A DNA stretch of 64,000 nt. Source: an uncultured delta proteobacterium (GTDB lineage: Bacteria > Desulfobacterota > Binatia > UBA9968). The notes beneath the pieces were generated by a model that had not been told where the DNA came from, did not search any database, and saw only the letters and a list, made by a program, of their open reading frames with translations. Positions 40,130 to 50,960 of this stretch are shown piece after piece; within the stretch, counting starts at the first letter, position 1; each line of letters begins with the position of its first letter. The stretch covers positions 96,001-160,000 of the forward strand of contig CAVXEP010000020.1 of NCBI GenBank assembly GCA_963760795.1, written 5' to 3'. Both the position numbers and the translations under genes were made by a program.

Positions 40130-42181
40130 CTAATTTCCGCTGCAATGGATGCGAATCTCTCGCAACTCGCCGATCTCAAACCGATCCCCCGGCCAAATCA
40201 CCGTCGTCGAGCCATACTCTTCGATCACCGCCGGGCCGCTGGCGCTGAAACCCGGCGCCAAGGCGTCGCGATGATAAATCGGCGCGTCGAGCCAGCCGCC
40301 GGCATTGCCGATGTAGATCTTCCGAATCTGTTGGGCCGGCGCTTGCGCCGCGGCGCGCGGCAAGCGCGCGATGTTGGGTTGTTGCAAGCGCGCGAAGGCC
40401 GAGAGATGCAATGCTTGAAACTCCGCCGGCGCCTTGGCGTCGGCGTGGCCGTAGCGCCGTTTGTAGTCCCGTTCAAAGGCGGCGCGGATTGCCTCCACGT
40501 CTTTCAATCCCGACACCGGGACTTTGATGTTATGGCGCTGGCCGCGGTAACGCATCTCTGCGTGGCGCTCGAAAAACACTTCGCTGGTGCCGAACTCGAC
40601 GGCGAGCGCCGCCGCCGCTTCGGTTTCCATCGAAGCGAACAGCTCGGTCATCGACGGCATGGTTTTCTCGCTGAGGATGCCGACAAAGGTTTTCGACGTA
40701 TCGATGCGCGCATCGGCCAACAGCATGCCGATGGCGGAAAAGTTACCCGGCTCGGGTGGAATGACCACAGTGGGAATCGACAACTCGTGGGCGAGGGCGG
40801 AAGAATGCAGCGGCCCGCCGCCGCCGTAGCTGAACAGAATAAAATCGCGCGGATCGAGGCCATGCTCCACCGACACTTTGCGAATCGCGCCGGCCATGAT
40901 CACCGTCGCGATGGAAATTATCCCGTCGGCCATCTGCACCATGCCGCTTTCACCCGCGTAGCCGAGCGGTGTGGCGATGCGCTCGGTTATCGCGCTTTGC
41001 GCCGCGTTCACGTCGAGCGCCATCTCGCCACCGAGGAAGTTCATCGCATTGAGACGGCCGAGCACGAGATTGGCATCGGTGATCGTCGGCTCTAAACCGC
41101 CGCGGCCGTAGCATACCGGTCCCGGTGTCGAGCCGGCGCTATGGGGTCCGACGTGCAAACGCTTTTGCGTATCGAGCCAGGCGATGGAACCGCCGCCCGA
41201 GCCCACTTCGACGATGTCGATGACCGCCGATTTAATTGGAAAGCCTTTGACATAGCCGTTGGCGTAGTAGAGGGAATTCACCGAAAAGCGGCCGTTCTCG
41301 ACCAGCGCGCATTTCGCCGTAGTGCCGCCCATGTCGAAGGCGACGACGTTTTTAAAGCCGAGTTGGTCCGCGTAGGCGCCGGCGCCGATGCAGCCGCCGA
41401 TGGGGCCGGATTCGACTAGGCCGATGGGCTGGCGGCAAGTGCGATCGGTGGAGAGCAAGCCGCCGTTGGAGCCCATCATGAAAAGCGAACCGCCAAAGCC
41501 TTGTTGTTTGAAGTCGTTGTCCAAGCGGCGAATATAGGTGCTCACCTGTGGCCCGATGTAGGCGTTGGCGGCGACCGTCGAACAGCGCTCGTACTCGTAC
41601 CACTCGCGGGTCAGATCGGTGCTGAATGTTATGTAAGTGTCCGGTAGCAGCTCTTTCAATTTTTCAGCCGCCGCTTCCTCGTGGGCCGGGTTGACATACG
41701 AGTTCATGAAAAAAACCGCCACCGACTCGACGCCGAGTTTACGGATCGCGACGGCGAGTTTTTCCAAACCCGCAACATCGAGCGGCGTTACCACTTCGCC
41801 TTTGCTGCCCATTCGTTCGGGTATTTCAAAACGCAGCTCGCGTGGAATCAGCGGCTCATCGCGCTGATAGTGCAGATCGAACGGGTCGGGCCGGTTACCA
41901 CGGGCGATTTCGAGAATATCGCGGAAGCCCTGGGTGGTAACCAATGCGGTCTTCGAACCTTTGCGCTGGATCAAGGAATTGATCACCAGCGTCGTGCCAT
42001 GGTTGACGATTGAAGCTTGCGCCGGTTTGAGTTGCGCTTTGTTAAAACAATCGAGAATCCCCTCGACCAGATTGTCATAGGTCGTCGGACTCTTGGAATA
42101 GATCACCTTCTGGGTTTCGTGATCGAACGCGACCAGATCGGTAAACGTGCCGCCAATATCGACGGCGATGGCGTAACTCAT
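40130..42181 (-). CDS. hyuA: Hydantoinase A/oxoprolinase family protein
   Basis: VDIGGTFTD, HGTT, ESGPIGG, DMGGTT, GSGGGSIA, PGPVCYGRGG, MRYRGQ. Confidence 0.93.
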   Translation of the reverse strand: MSYAIAVDIGGTFTDLVAFDHETQKVIYSKSPTTYDNLVEGILDCFNKAQLKPAQASIVNHGTTLVINSLIQRKGSKTALVTTQGFRDILEIARGNRPDPFDLHYQRDEPLIPRELRFEIPERMGSKGEVVTPLDVAGLEKLAVAIRKLGVESVAVFFMNSYVNPAHEEAAAEKLKELLPDTYITFSTDLTREWYEYERCSTVAANAYIGPQVSTYIRRLDNDFKQQGFGGSLFMMGSNGGLLSTDRTCRQPIGLVESGPIGGCIGAGAYADQLGFKNVVAFDMGGTTAKCALVENGRFSVNSLYYANGYVKGFPIKSAVIDIVEVGSGGGSIAWLDTQKRLHVGPHSAGSTPGPVCYGRGGLEPTITDANLVLGRLNAMNFLGGEMALDVNAAQSAITERIATPLGYAGESGMVQMADGIISIATVIMAGAIRKVSVEHGLDPRDFILFSYGGGGPLHSSALAHELSIPTVVIPPEPGNFSAIGMLLADARIDTSKTFVGILSEKTMPSMTELFASMETEAAAALAVEFGTSEVFFERHAEMRYRGQRHNIKVPVSGLKDVEAIRAAFERDYKRRYGHADAKAPAEFQALHLSAFARLQQPNIARLPRAAAQAPAQQIRKIYIGNAGGWLDAPIYHRDALAPGFSASGPAVIEEYGSTTVIWPGDRFEIGELREIRIHCSGN

Positions 42182-42197
42182 TTCTAAGATAACTCCC

Positions 42198-42316
42198 GTT
42201 CAAAAGTTCAAAGGTTCAAACGTTCAATGGTTCAAGAGTTCGCGCTTCGGATTTTTCCGACGTTGAACCCATTCGGCAGGCTCAGGGCAGGCTTTTGAAC
42301 CCTTGAACCTTGAACG
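42198..42316. repeat. GTTCAA-unit periodic palindrome
   Basis: Five 8-nt GTTCAAnn units and four inverted TTGAAC units, interrupted by TTCGGCAGGCTCAGGGCAGGC. Confidence 0.75.
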
Positions 42317-44060
42317 TCATTCGCGCTTCGCGCTTGCCAGCGCTATCGATAACAACACCGTAATCGTCGCGCGCGCTTTCAATCGAAACAAAGCCGCGAA
42401 TGACATCCTTAGCGACGAGTTCGGTTGGCCGCTTGCGCGGATCGCCGTAACCGCCGCCGCCGCCGGTGGACATGCGCACGCGGTCGCCGGCGGCGACCGG
42501 GCAGTTTTCGGTTTTATAAAGCAGCTCCGGTTCTTGCTGGCCATTTTTTAGCACCAGCACTTGCCCGGTTTTCCCGGCCTTGGCGTTTTGCACGCCCCAG
42601 GGCGGACAGCCGATGCGGTCGAAGTTGGCCCATAGTTCACAGGGCGCGAGCAAAACATATTGCTTGTCGAAGCCCAGACCGCCGCGCCACTGGCCGGCGC
42701 CGCCGGAATCCTGGCGCAGGCGAAATTCTTCGACGCGAAACGGATACATCGACTCTTGCAGCTCGATGGGAATCAGCCGGGTGTCGCCATGGGCCATGGT
42801 GCGAAACGGCCCGGCACCGTCGTGGGTCGCGCAAGCGCCCCAGCCGCCATGGCCGCTGTCGTTGGCTTTGAAATACGCTCCGGTGTCGACCCGCCTGCCG
42901 CCGAAGCTGAGCGAAGAGAAGGTGCCGAAATGCGCGCCGGTAACGCGCTGCGGTAAAGCCGGTTCCAAGGCTTTGATGAAACAATCGATCACCGTGGGGA
43001 ATGGAATGCTGTAGAGTCCCATGGCCGCGGTGGCTTCGGCGCTGATCAGCGTACCTTCGGGGAGGATCATCTTTAACGGCCGAAAGGTGCCTTCGTTGGC
43101 CGGCTCATCGGTGGCGATGAGATACTTGAATCCGACCCGCGCGCAGGTGCGCCCGCCGCCGAAGAATCCCGAGTTGACACAGCCGCGCACCTGCGGCGAC
43201 ATCTCGGAATAATCGATGGTCATCTCGTCGCCGGCGACGATGACTTTGACGCGAATGGGAATTTTCTCGTCGCGCACGCCGTCGTTGTCGAGAAACGCTT
43301 CATGTTGGTAGACGCCGTCGGGAATGGCGCGGATCTTTTCCCGCGTCGCCGCCTCGCATTGATCGAGAATCGCGTCGAGGGTGCCGAGAAAAACCGCCGG
43401 GCTATACTTATTCGCCATCTCCTGGGTCAAATCCCGGCCCAAGAAGCAGCCGCCCAGCTGCGCTTCGATGTCGCCCAAGCAGTTCTAACGGGAAACGGGT
43501 GTTGTTCTCGATGATCCGGTAGACTTCTTCAATCGGCTCGCCCTTGGACCAGAGTTTAATCGAGCGCAGCTGCAACCCTTCCATGAAAATATCGGTGGAC
43601 GAATAGGACACCGAGCCGATGGCCGAGCCGCCGATATCGATCCAATGGCAGTTGACTGCGAAGAATCCGATCAGCTCGTCGCCCTTGCGGGCCGGCCAAG
43701 CACCGGCGTGTACATGACCGTGTTGTTTAAATGCTGCCCCTGGATCGCCGCGTGGTTGCAGACGATGACATCGCCCTTGTGCAAATTCTCCCGGCCGTAG
43801 ACTTCCAGACCGTCTTTCACCGCCGCGCCCACCGAGTCGGCGACAAACACCGGCATGCCGCCGGTGGATTGGGCTAACAACTCGCCGGTGGCGCTGACGA
43901 AGCCGACGGCGTAATCCTTGTACTCGTAGATATACGGGCTAAACGCCGTGCGCGTCATGTTGGCGTCGATCTGATCGCAGATCGAGATGATCCCATGGCG
44001 GATCACTTCCAGAGTAATCGGATCGATTTTAGTTTTGACAGCGGCGTTGGGCATGGACAC
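42282..44060 (-). CDS. hyuB: Hydantoinase B/oxoprolinase family protein, second paralog (frameshifts near 43690 and 43480)
   Basis: Same motifs as 38319-40033; shared GPFRTMAHGDTR and HGGWG.CATHDG. Confidence 0.88.
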
Positions 44061-44285
44061 TCGATTTCGTAGCCGGGCAATCCTAAGCCCGGCAATTTTG
44101 CGATCCTTTCAAGTAACCAAAAAGTTGTCAAGCAAGCGATCCGTTCGCCAATGGATTTATCACAGACGGTAAGAAGATCGCATCCTGGTCGCAGGGGTGT
44201 ATTGCATACGCCCTCCCGCTATCTCTTGGTTGACAGGTGGCGAGCCTGGCAGGTATAGACCACCAAGGATTACTCAGGAGTGAAT

Positions 44286-45363
44286 ATGAAACGATTACTA
44301 ACAGTTCTAACTGGTCTTGCGCTCTACTCTGGTTTGGCCTCAAGCGTCATGGCCGCGCAATGGTCGCCGCCGCTGTCCGCCGTGATCAAAGACGCCAACA
44401 AAGAAGGCAAGCTCAAACTGCTCTGGGGCGAGGGTACTCTTGGCGGCACCAAGGGCGCGGCCAAGTTCGAGCAGATGATGAATAAGATGTTCGGCACCGA
44501 CATCCGCATCAGCTTCACCCCCGGCGCCGCCATGCCCCAGGTGGGCAGCCAGATCGCCGCCGAACATGCCGCCGGCCAATCCTCCGCCTCGGACGTTTAC
44601 ATCGGCGCCGACAGTTATCTAACGCCGCTGGTCAAGCGCAAAATCTTTCACGAAGTCGAGTGGCCCAAATATCTGCCCGGCCGGATCACCAACGAGATGG
44701 TCGAAGGCGACCGCACCAGCCTGCGCGTCTACACCGGTATTCCGGGCATTCCCTACAACACCAAGCGCACGGCCAAAAACGATGTGCCGAAAACCCTCAA
44801 AGATATGCTCAAGCCGCACTGGAAAGGCAAAATCGCTTCGACGCCTTACGTGACCAGCTTGAACATACTCGCGGCGAAAGAGATGTGGGGCAAAGAAGCG
44901 GCGCTCGAATATGTCCGGCAACTGTCGAAACAAGTCACCGGACTGATTCGCTGCAACGAGATCGACCGGGTCGCCTCCGGCGAATTTCTCGCCTTCGTCA
45001 TGGATTGTTCCGGCTCGCAGACCTTTGAAGCGCAAGCCCACGGCGCGCCGGTGGAGCATGTCATCGCGGCCGACGGCGCCATGCTGCGCCATCGCATGCT
45101 GGCGATCCCGAAGAATGCCGAGCATCCCAACGCCGCCAAACTGTTCACGACCTTCATGCTGACCAGGGAAGCGCAGCAATTCCTGTGGGACAGCGATTAC
45201 TGCGGATATGTATCTGTTCCCAGAATCGCGCATCGGCCAACGGGTCCGCCAGGCGCAAAAACAAGGCGTCAAGTTTTTCGTGCCGACGTTGGAATGGGTC
45301 GCCGCCAACCCAGAGATCGATGCGATTTCCGAAGAGATGGTCAAGATCATGACGCAGAAATAA
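44286..45363 (+). CDS. Extracellular solute-binding protein (frameshift near 45205)
   Basis: Signal peptide; ANKEGKL.L.WGEGTLGG; YNT..VPKTLKD; HPNAAKLF; stop TAA 45361. Confidence 0.88.
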
Positions 45364-45372
45364 CAACGCATT

Positions 45373-45399
45373 GTAGGGGCGATTCATGAATCGCCCCTA
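45373..45399. repeat. GTAG-type REP
   Basis: G followed by TAGGGGCGATTCATGAATCGCCCCTA, a perfect 26-nt palindrome. Confidence 0.8.
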
Positions 45400-45470
45400 G
45401 GCATGCTGGGCTCGGATAAACTCCGCGAGAGACCTCGTCTTCCGCTCGCGATGACAGTCTAGGAGATATT

Positions 45471-46552
45471 ATGAAAAGTGTACTCCGATCCGTCCTCTTC
45501 GTCCTGTCGGTCCTCGGCGCTGCCTCGAGCTACGCCGCCCAGTCGCAGTGGTCGCCAGCGATGACCACTGTCATCCAGGAAGCCAACAAAGAAGGCAAGC
45601 TCAAACTCAGCTGGGGCGAGGGCACCCTGGGCGGCACCAAGCGCATGGCGCTCTACGAACAGTTGATGAACAAGATGTTCGGCAGCAATCGTCAAAATCG
45701 GCTTCACGCCAGGACCGTCGATGCCGGCCATGGGCAGCCAGATCGCCACGGAATTGGCCGCCGGACAGACCGCCGTGTCCGATGTTTACATCGGCGCGGA
45801 AAGTTATCTCGTGCCGCTGGTCAACCGGAAAATCTTTCAGCCGGTCGAGTGGCAAAAGCTCTTGCCCGGCCGCATCACCAACGCCAATGGTTGAAGGCGA
45901 TGGCCAGAGTTTGCGCGTGTTCTCCGGCTTGCCGGGCACGCCCTATAACAAAACTCGCGTGCCGAAAAATGAAGTGCCGAAAACCCTCAAAGATTTCTTG
46001 AAACCGTTTTGGAAAGGCAAGATCGCCTCGACGCCTTACGTCACCGGCTTGAATCTGCTCGCGGCCAAAGAGCTGTGGGGCCGCGATGCCGCGCTCGATT
46101 ACGTCAAGCAGTTCTCCAAGCAGATCACCGGCTTGATCCGCTGCAACGAAATGGAGCGGGTCGTCACCGGCGAGTTTCTCGCACTGGTGATGGACTGCAA
46201 CGGCGCCCGCACCTTCGAACTCCAAGCCCAAGGCGCGCCGCTGGAACATATGATCCCTAGCGATGGCGCCATGGTGCGCCATTTCTATTTGAGCATTCCC
46301 AAGAACTCCGAGCACCCCAACGCCGCCAAGCTGTTCACCACTTTCATGCTCACCAAGGAAGCGCAGAAACTTTTGTGGGAAAGCGACTTCTCCGATCTCT
46401 ATATGTTCCCCGAGTCACAGTTGGGCCAAAAGGTCAGAGCGCTTGAGAAGCAGGGCGTCAAATTCTTCGTGCCGACCTTGGAATGGGTCGCCAACAACCC
46501 GGAGATCGAAAAAATCTCCGAAGAAATGGTCAAGATCGTCAGCCAGAAATGA
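45471..46552 (+). CDS. Extracellular solute-binding protein, tandem paralog (frameshifts near 45690 and 45885)
   Basis: Colinear and highly similar to 44286-45363. Confidence 0.88.
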
Positions 46553-46574
46553 CCGCGTGGAGCACGCGGTCATC

Positions 46575-46599
46575 GTAGGGGCGATTCACGAATCGCCCT
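46575..46599. repeat. GTAG-type REP
   Basis: GTAGGGGCGATTCACGAATCGCCCT, nearly identical to the 45373 copy. Confidence 0.8.
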
Positions 46600-46625
46600 C
46601 CCCATCCCAGAAACCAACCCTGTTC

Positions 46626-48368
46626 ATGCGCGCAACACAACATATCTCAAACCCCTCAGGCCAAGCCGACCCCTGGGCCATCCTGATGGTCGCCATCGCG
46701 ACCTTCTTCAGCCTGCTGATCCTCGCGCCATTGGCGGTGGTTTTCTATCTAAGTTTCTTCGAGGGCTCGCTGCTCGATACCGTCAATCGCTTCTCCTTGA
46801 AAAACTACACGACCGTTTTCGGCGAAGCGTTTACTTACAAGGTTCTGTGGAACACCGCCGGCTTTTCGTTCGTCGCCCTGGTGGTTTCTTTTTTTTTCGG
46901 CATACCGACGGCGTGGCTGGTCGAACGCAGCGATTTCCCCGGCAAGACCGTCTTGCTGACCTTCATGACCATCGGCCTGCTCATCCCCGGCTTCGCGGTC
47001 GCCATGGGCTGGCTGTTTCTGCTCCATCCGCGCATCGGCATCGTCAATCAATTGTTACAGGATACTTTCGGTTTAATTGACGCGCCGCTCAGCATCACGA
47101 CCATCACCGGCATGGGTTGGGTGCAGGGATTAAATTTAACGCCGGTGGCGTTCATCATGACCGCCGGCGCGTTTCGCGCCATGGACCCCAAGCTCGAAGA
47201 AGCCGCCGAAGCCAGCGGCGCCAGCACCGCGCGGATGATCCTCACCGTCACCATCCCGCTCATCTGGCCCGGTATCCTGGCGGCGGCGATTTATATTTTT
47301 ACCGTCGGCCTGTCCGCCTTCGACGTGCCGGCGATCATCGGCTGGTCCAACCGGATTTTTACCTTCAGCACTTATATGTATTTGATGGTGAGCCCCCAGG
47401 AAGGGCTGCCGAAATACGGCGCCAGCGCGACGTTTAGCATCATCGGCATCATCCTGGCTGCGTTTTTGGGCTGGTGGTACTCGCGCGTGCAGCGGCAAAG
47501 CCACCAATACGAAGTCATCACCGGCAAAGCCTATCAGCCGAAGATCGTTAAACTCGGCAACCGCGCCGTGCTCGCCTGGTTGTTCATCGGGCTGTATCTG
47601 GTTTTGAGCAAGCTCATCCCGCTGTCGATGCTGCTTTGGGCATCACTGCTGCGATATTTTGAGATGCCGTCGGTGGAAGCCTTCGCCCGCACCTCGCTGC
47701 AAAACTATGTCGGCCTGCCCTGGGAACTCGTCCTGCGCGGCGCCGGCAACACATCTATCTTGATGATCCTGACGCCGACGATCACGGTGATCGTCAGCCT
47801 GATCTTCGCCTGGGTGGTGCTGCGCTCGCAGATCCGCTGCCGTTTTGTCTTCGACTTCTTCGCCTTCCTGCCCCACGCCGTGCCCAATATTATTTTCGCC
47901 ATCGGCGCGGTCCTGCTCGCGCTCTTCGTCCTGCGCGGCTTCATCCCGCTCTACGGCACGATCTGGCTGTTGCTCTTGCTCTACATCATCGTCCGGCTGA
48001 GTTACGGCACGCGCATGATGAACAGCTCGCTGATCCAAATTCATCCCGAGCTCGAAGAAGCCGCCTACGTCGCCGGCGGCAGCACCTGGAACGTCGTGCG
48101 GCGAATTTTGGTTCCGATCCTCACGCCGCCGATCCTTTACGGCTGGCTCTGGATCGCCTTACTGACCTACCGCGAACTGACTCTCGCCGTCCTGCTCTCG
48201 CGCGCCGAAAACATGACGCTGCCGGTGGTCATCTGGAGCATCTGGCTGAGCGGCGGTTTCGGCCAGGCCGCGGCATTGACGACGGTGATGCTGTGCATTC
48301 TCGTGCCGATCATCGCCCTCTACTGGTTTGTCGCCCACCGATCCGGCATCGGCCCGCGCGCCATGTGA
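46626..48368 (+). CDS. ABC permease, FbpB/ThiP type
   Basis: Two EAA loops; paralog of 11791-13497 (MGWLFLLHPRIG, AFLPHAVP). Confidence 0.9.
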   Translation: MRATQHISNPSGQADPWAILMVAIATFFSLLILAPLAVVFYLSFFEGSLLDTVNRFSLKNYTTVFGEAFTYKVLWNTAGFSFVALVVSFFFGIPTAWLVERSDFPGKTVLLTFMTIGLLIPGFAVAMGWLFLLHPRIGIVNQLLQDTFGLIDAPLSITTITGMGWVQGLNLTPVAFIMTAGAFRAMDPKLEEAAEASGASTARMILTVTIPLIWPGILAAAIYIFTVGLSAFDVPAIIGWSNRIFTFSTYMYLMVSPQEGLPKYGASATFSIIGIILAAFLGWWYSRVQRQSHQYEVITGKAYQPKIVKLGNRAVLAWLFIGLYLVLSKLIPLSMLLWASLLRYFEMPSVEAFARTSLQNYVGLPWELVLRGAGNTSILMILTPTITVIVSLIFAWVVLRSQIRCRFVFDFFAFLPHAVPNIIFAIGAVLLALFVLRGFIPLYGTIWLLLLLYIIVRLSYGTRMMNSSLIQIHPELEEAAYVAGGSTWNVVRRILVPILTPPILYGWLWIALLTYRELTLAVLLSRAENMTLPVVIWSIWLSGGFGQAAALTTVMLCILVPIIALYWFVAHRSGIGPRAM

Positions 48369-48393
48369 TTTGCTTTTCGCCGCCGCTCGCCGT

Positions 48394-49395
48394 ATGAAAA
48401 CCATCATGCCAATGCCAATACCATTCATGAAGCTAGCCATCATTCTTTGCGTGACATTACTTCTAGCCGATCACGGCGCCAGCCAAGAGCGGCGCAGCAA
48501 ATTGCGCATCACCAACGCCGGCTTCACGATCACGGCGCTGCCGTTGTTGGCGGCCCAAGAGTGGAAAATCTTCAACGCCAACAACTTGGACATGGAAGTC
48601 ATCCTGATGCAGTCGGCGCTGGTGCCGCCGGCGCTCACCCAGGGCGACATCGACTATCAAGCCGGCGTCGGACCCGCCTCGGTCAATGCCACCATGAGCG
48701 GTTTCGCCACCCGCGCCATCTGGTTTTCCTCCGACCGCATCTCCTATTGGCTGATGGCCAAACCGCAGTTCAAAACCATTGAAAGTCTGAAAGGCAAGAA
48801 AGTCGCCGTCACCGGTCTCGGCGGCACCGTGCATGTCGCCTTCAACATGGCAGTGGAAAAAGTCGGCGCCAATCCTAGAGACTTTGTCTTAGTCTCCATC
48901 GGCGGCCAACAGATTCAACAACTGATTTCTCTGGAAGCCGGCTATGTCGATGCCGCGGTGCTGTCGCCGCCGGTAACTTTGGGCGCGCAGAAAAAAGGCT
49001 TCAACAAAGTTTTGGACGTCGGCGCCATGGTCGAGATGCCCGGCGGCGGTCTCACCACCTTGGCCAAGACCATTCAAGACCGGCCGGTGGACACCAAACG
49101 GGTGATTCGCTCGCTGCAAATGGCCAAGGAAGAGATTCGCAAGTCAAAGCCAAAAAGCTTGGACTTGATCGTCAAGCTATTGCGCATGGACCGGGAAGCC
49201 GCCAGCGAAACCTACGATCACTTCCTCACCACGCTCAGTCCGACCGGCGTTCCCACACGCGTCGGCATGGATATCTTGGTCAAGTCGGTACAGTCCCAAG
49301 GCCGCCACGTCGACCGCAAAGTGGCGTTCACCGACATCGCCGACGACCGCCTCGCCACCGAAGTCGCCAAAGAGATGGGCTACAAAATTCCGTGA
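48394..49395 (+). CDS. ABC substrate-binding protein, SsuA/NMT1-like (alternative start 48427)
   Basis: LRITNAGFTITALPLLAA, GDIDY.AGVGP, VEMPGGG, DDRLATEVAKEMGYK. Confidence 0.88.
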   Translation: MKTIMPMPIPFMKLAIILCVTLLLADHGASQERRSKLRITNAGFTITALPLLAAQEWKIFNANNLDMEVILMQSALVPPALTQGDIDYQAGVGPASVNATMSGFATRAIWFSSDRISYWLMAKPQFKTIESLKGKKVAVTGLGGTVHVAFNMAVEKVGANPRDFVLVSIGGQQIQQLISLEAGYVDAAVLSPPVTLGAQKKGFNKVLDVGAMVEMPGGGLTTLAKTIQDRPVDTKRVIRSLQMAKEEIRKSKPKSLDLIVKLLRMDREAASETYDHFLTTLSPTGVPTRVGMDILVKSVQSQGRHVDRKVAFTDIADDRLATEVAKEMGYKIP

Positions 49396-49424
49396 GCGGC
49401 CGCCAGCGCACCGATGTGGAATCT

Positions 49425-49460
49425 TAACCCTCGCCCTCAGGGAGAGGGAGAGGGTGAGGG
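49425..49460. repeat. CCCTC...GGGAGAGGG...GGTGAGGG element
   Basis: AACCCTCGCCCTCAGGGAGAGGGAGAGGGTGAGGG; a degenerate relative lies near 33815-33843. Confidence 0.5.
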
Positions 49461-49483
49461 CAAAAGCAATCGAGGCAGACTCC

Positions 49484-50480
49484 GTGCACAAAAAAATCAC
49501 TAGACTAGCTCTATGCGCTCTGCTCTTGGCTCTTCCCTTTCCAGCTCGGGCGCAGCAGCCGAAGAAAGTCCCGCGGATAGGGTATCTATCGCCGAGCGAT
49601 CCAGCTAGTGAGTCCACCCGTTCCGAGGCAATTCGGCTGGCTCTGCGCGAGCGTGGCTACATAGAAGGACAGAACATCGCCATCGAGTACCGATATGCGG
49701 AGGGGAAGCGCGATCGGTTCCCTGAGCTTGCGGCCGAGCTGGTGCGTCTCAAGGTTGATATCATCGTGGTAGCAGGAGGGGTCACGCCGGTCCGGGCGGC
49801 CAAGAATGCGACCAAGACGATTCCCATCGTTATGATGGGCCATGGGGCCGATCCTGTCGAGGCAGGCCTGGTTGAAAGCCTTGCCCGTCCCGGCGGCAAC
49901 GTCACCGGCCTTACAAACCTTTCCAGAGAACTAGGCGGGAAGCGGCTGGAGCTGCTCAAAGAAGCCGTTCCCAAACTTGCCCGTGTCGCGGTTCTCTACG
50001 ATCCGGCCGTTCCGTCCAGTGTACTCGAGGTGAAAGAGGTTCTCCCAGTCGCGGCGCGCGCGCTGCGGTTGACTCTTCAGCCTTGGGAGGTACGAGCATG
50101 CGGACGGTTTCGAGAAGGTATTCGCTGCGCTGAGCAAGCAGCGCCCGGATGGACTCTACGTGCCCGGCGGGCCCGCTAATGCGTGCTAACCAAAAACGGA
50201 TCGCGGGCTTTGCGTTAAAGAGCCGGTTACCGTCGATGTACGAGCAGCAGAGAAGCTGTAGATGCCGGTGGGCTCATGTACTACGGGGCGGACGCAAGCG
50301 GAGAGCTACCGGCGCGTCGCATATTACGTGGACAGAATCCTGAAGGGCGCCAAGCCCGCCGATCTGCCGGTGGAGCAGCCGACGAAGTTCGAGTTTGTGA
50401 TCAATCTCAAGACGGCGAAACAGATCGGCGTGACGATTCCGCCGGAGGTGCTGGCGCGCGCGAACAAGTTGATTCGATAA
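49484..50480 (+). CDS. ABC_sub_bind-type putative substrate-binding protein (frameshifts 50095-50295)
   Basis: AQQPKKVPRIGYL, GYIEGQNIAIEYR, SLARPGGNVTG, KRLELLKE, ILKGAKPADLPVEQPTKFEFVINLKTAKQIG. Confidence 0.9.
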
Positions 50481-50481
50481 C
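50412..50481 (+). repeat. Direct repeat copy 1 (3' end of the binding-protein gene)
   Basis: 53 nt (50421-50473) identical to 51312-51364; flanks nearly identical. Confidence 0.95.
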
Positions 50482-50534
50482 GCGTAAGGGGTGAAGGGTA
50501 AGGCGTCAGGCGTTGGGGGAAATGTAAATTAGAG

Positions 50535-50960
50535 CTATGAGCGCTCTTGATGCAAAACGGTCACGTGTCTTTTGAAACGATACTGGCGGAAGTGGCCGTC
50601 AAAAGCGAAAGCATGATCGAGCCGGTGATGATCGATCGACGCGAAGCTGGTGCAATCGACAAAGCTAAACTCTTTGTCGTCGTAGCGTGTGAAAATCGCT
50701 TTTGCCATGTGCTCGATGGCCTCGGTCACACGGAGGACTTTGATGCCCGTCTGATCGAACCGTTTCATGAATTCGACCGCGGCATTGTGGCCGACTTTGA
50801 AGCGGATCAGCGTATAGGTTTCAGCGAGTACGAAATTCGATGTTAGGAGCTGAGCGTGGGCTCCGAGCAGTTGAGTGTGGACCGATTTGGCGACGGAATG
50901 ATAATCGTCGTCTTCGTCAGCGAGAGCAAGAAACGCTCCGGTATCGAAAAAGACTTTCAA
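50535..50960 (-). CDS. vapC: PIN-domain VapC toxin
   Basis: FFDTGAFLAL..D.YH, TSNFVLAETY, FSFVDCTSF, AFAFD.HF. Confidence 0.9.
   Translation of the reverse strand: MKVFFDTGAFLALADEDDDYHSVAKSVHTQLLGAHAQLLTSNFVLAETYTLIRFKVGHNAAVEFMKRFDQTGIKVLRVTEAIEHMAKAIFTRYDDKEFSFVDCTSFASIDHHRLDHAFAFDGHFRQYRFKRHVTVLHQERS

Noticed and set aside
40145-41095. Long antisense ORFs (also 10616-11632, 51555-52439, 58938-59894, 60853-61815)
   Set aside because: Shadow frames of GC-rich genes whose opposite strand carries clear family motifs.
42198-42316. CRISPR array in the short periodic repeats
   Set aside because: Units are 8-9 nt with no unique spacers, they are arranged as inverted arms, and there are no cas genes.
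50475-50520. Integron attC site (TAAC...GTT) after the binding-protein gene
   Set aside because: Poor fit to RYYYAAC/GTTRRRY, no L boxes, too short, and no integron integrase in the window.
50482-50520. 7-nt periodic tracts (also 51373-51395 and 59912-59950) as separate functional elements
   Set aside because: Too short and degenerate, with no inverted arm; probably half-copies of periodic repeat families.
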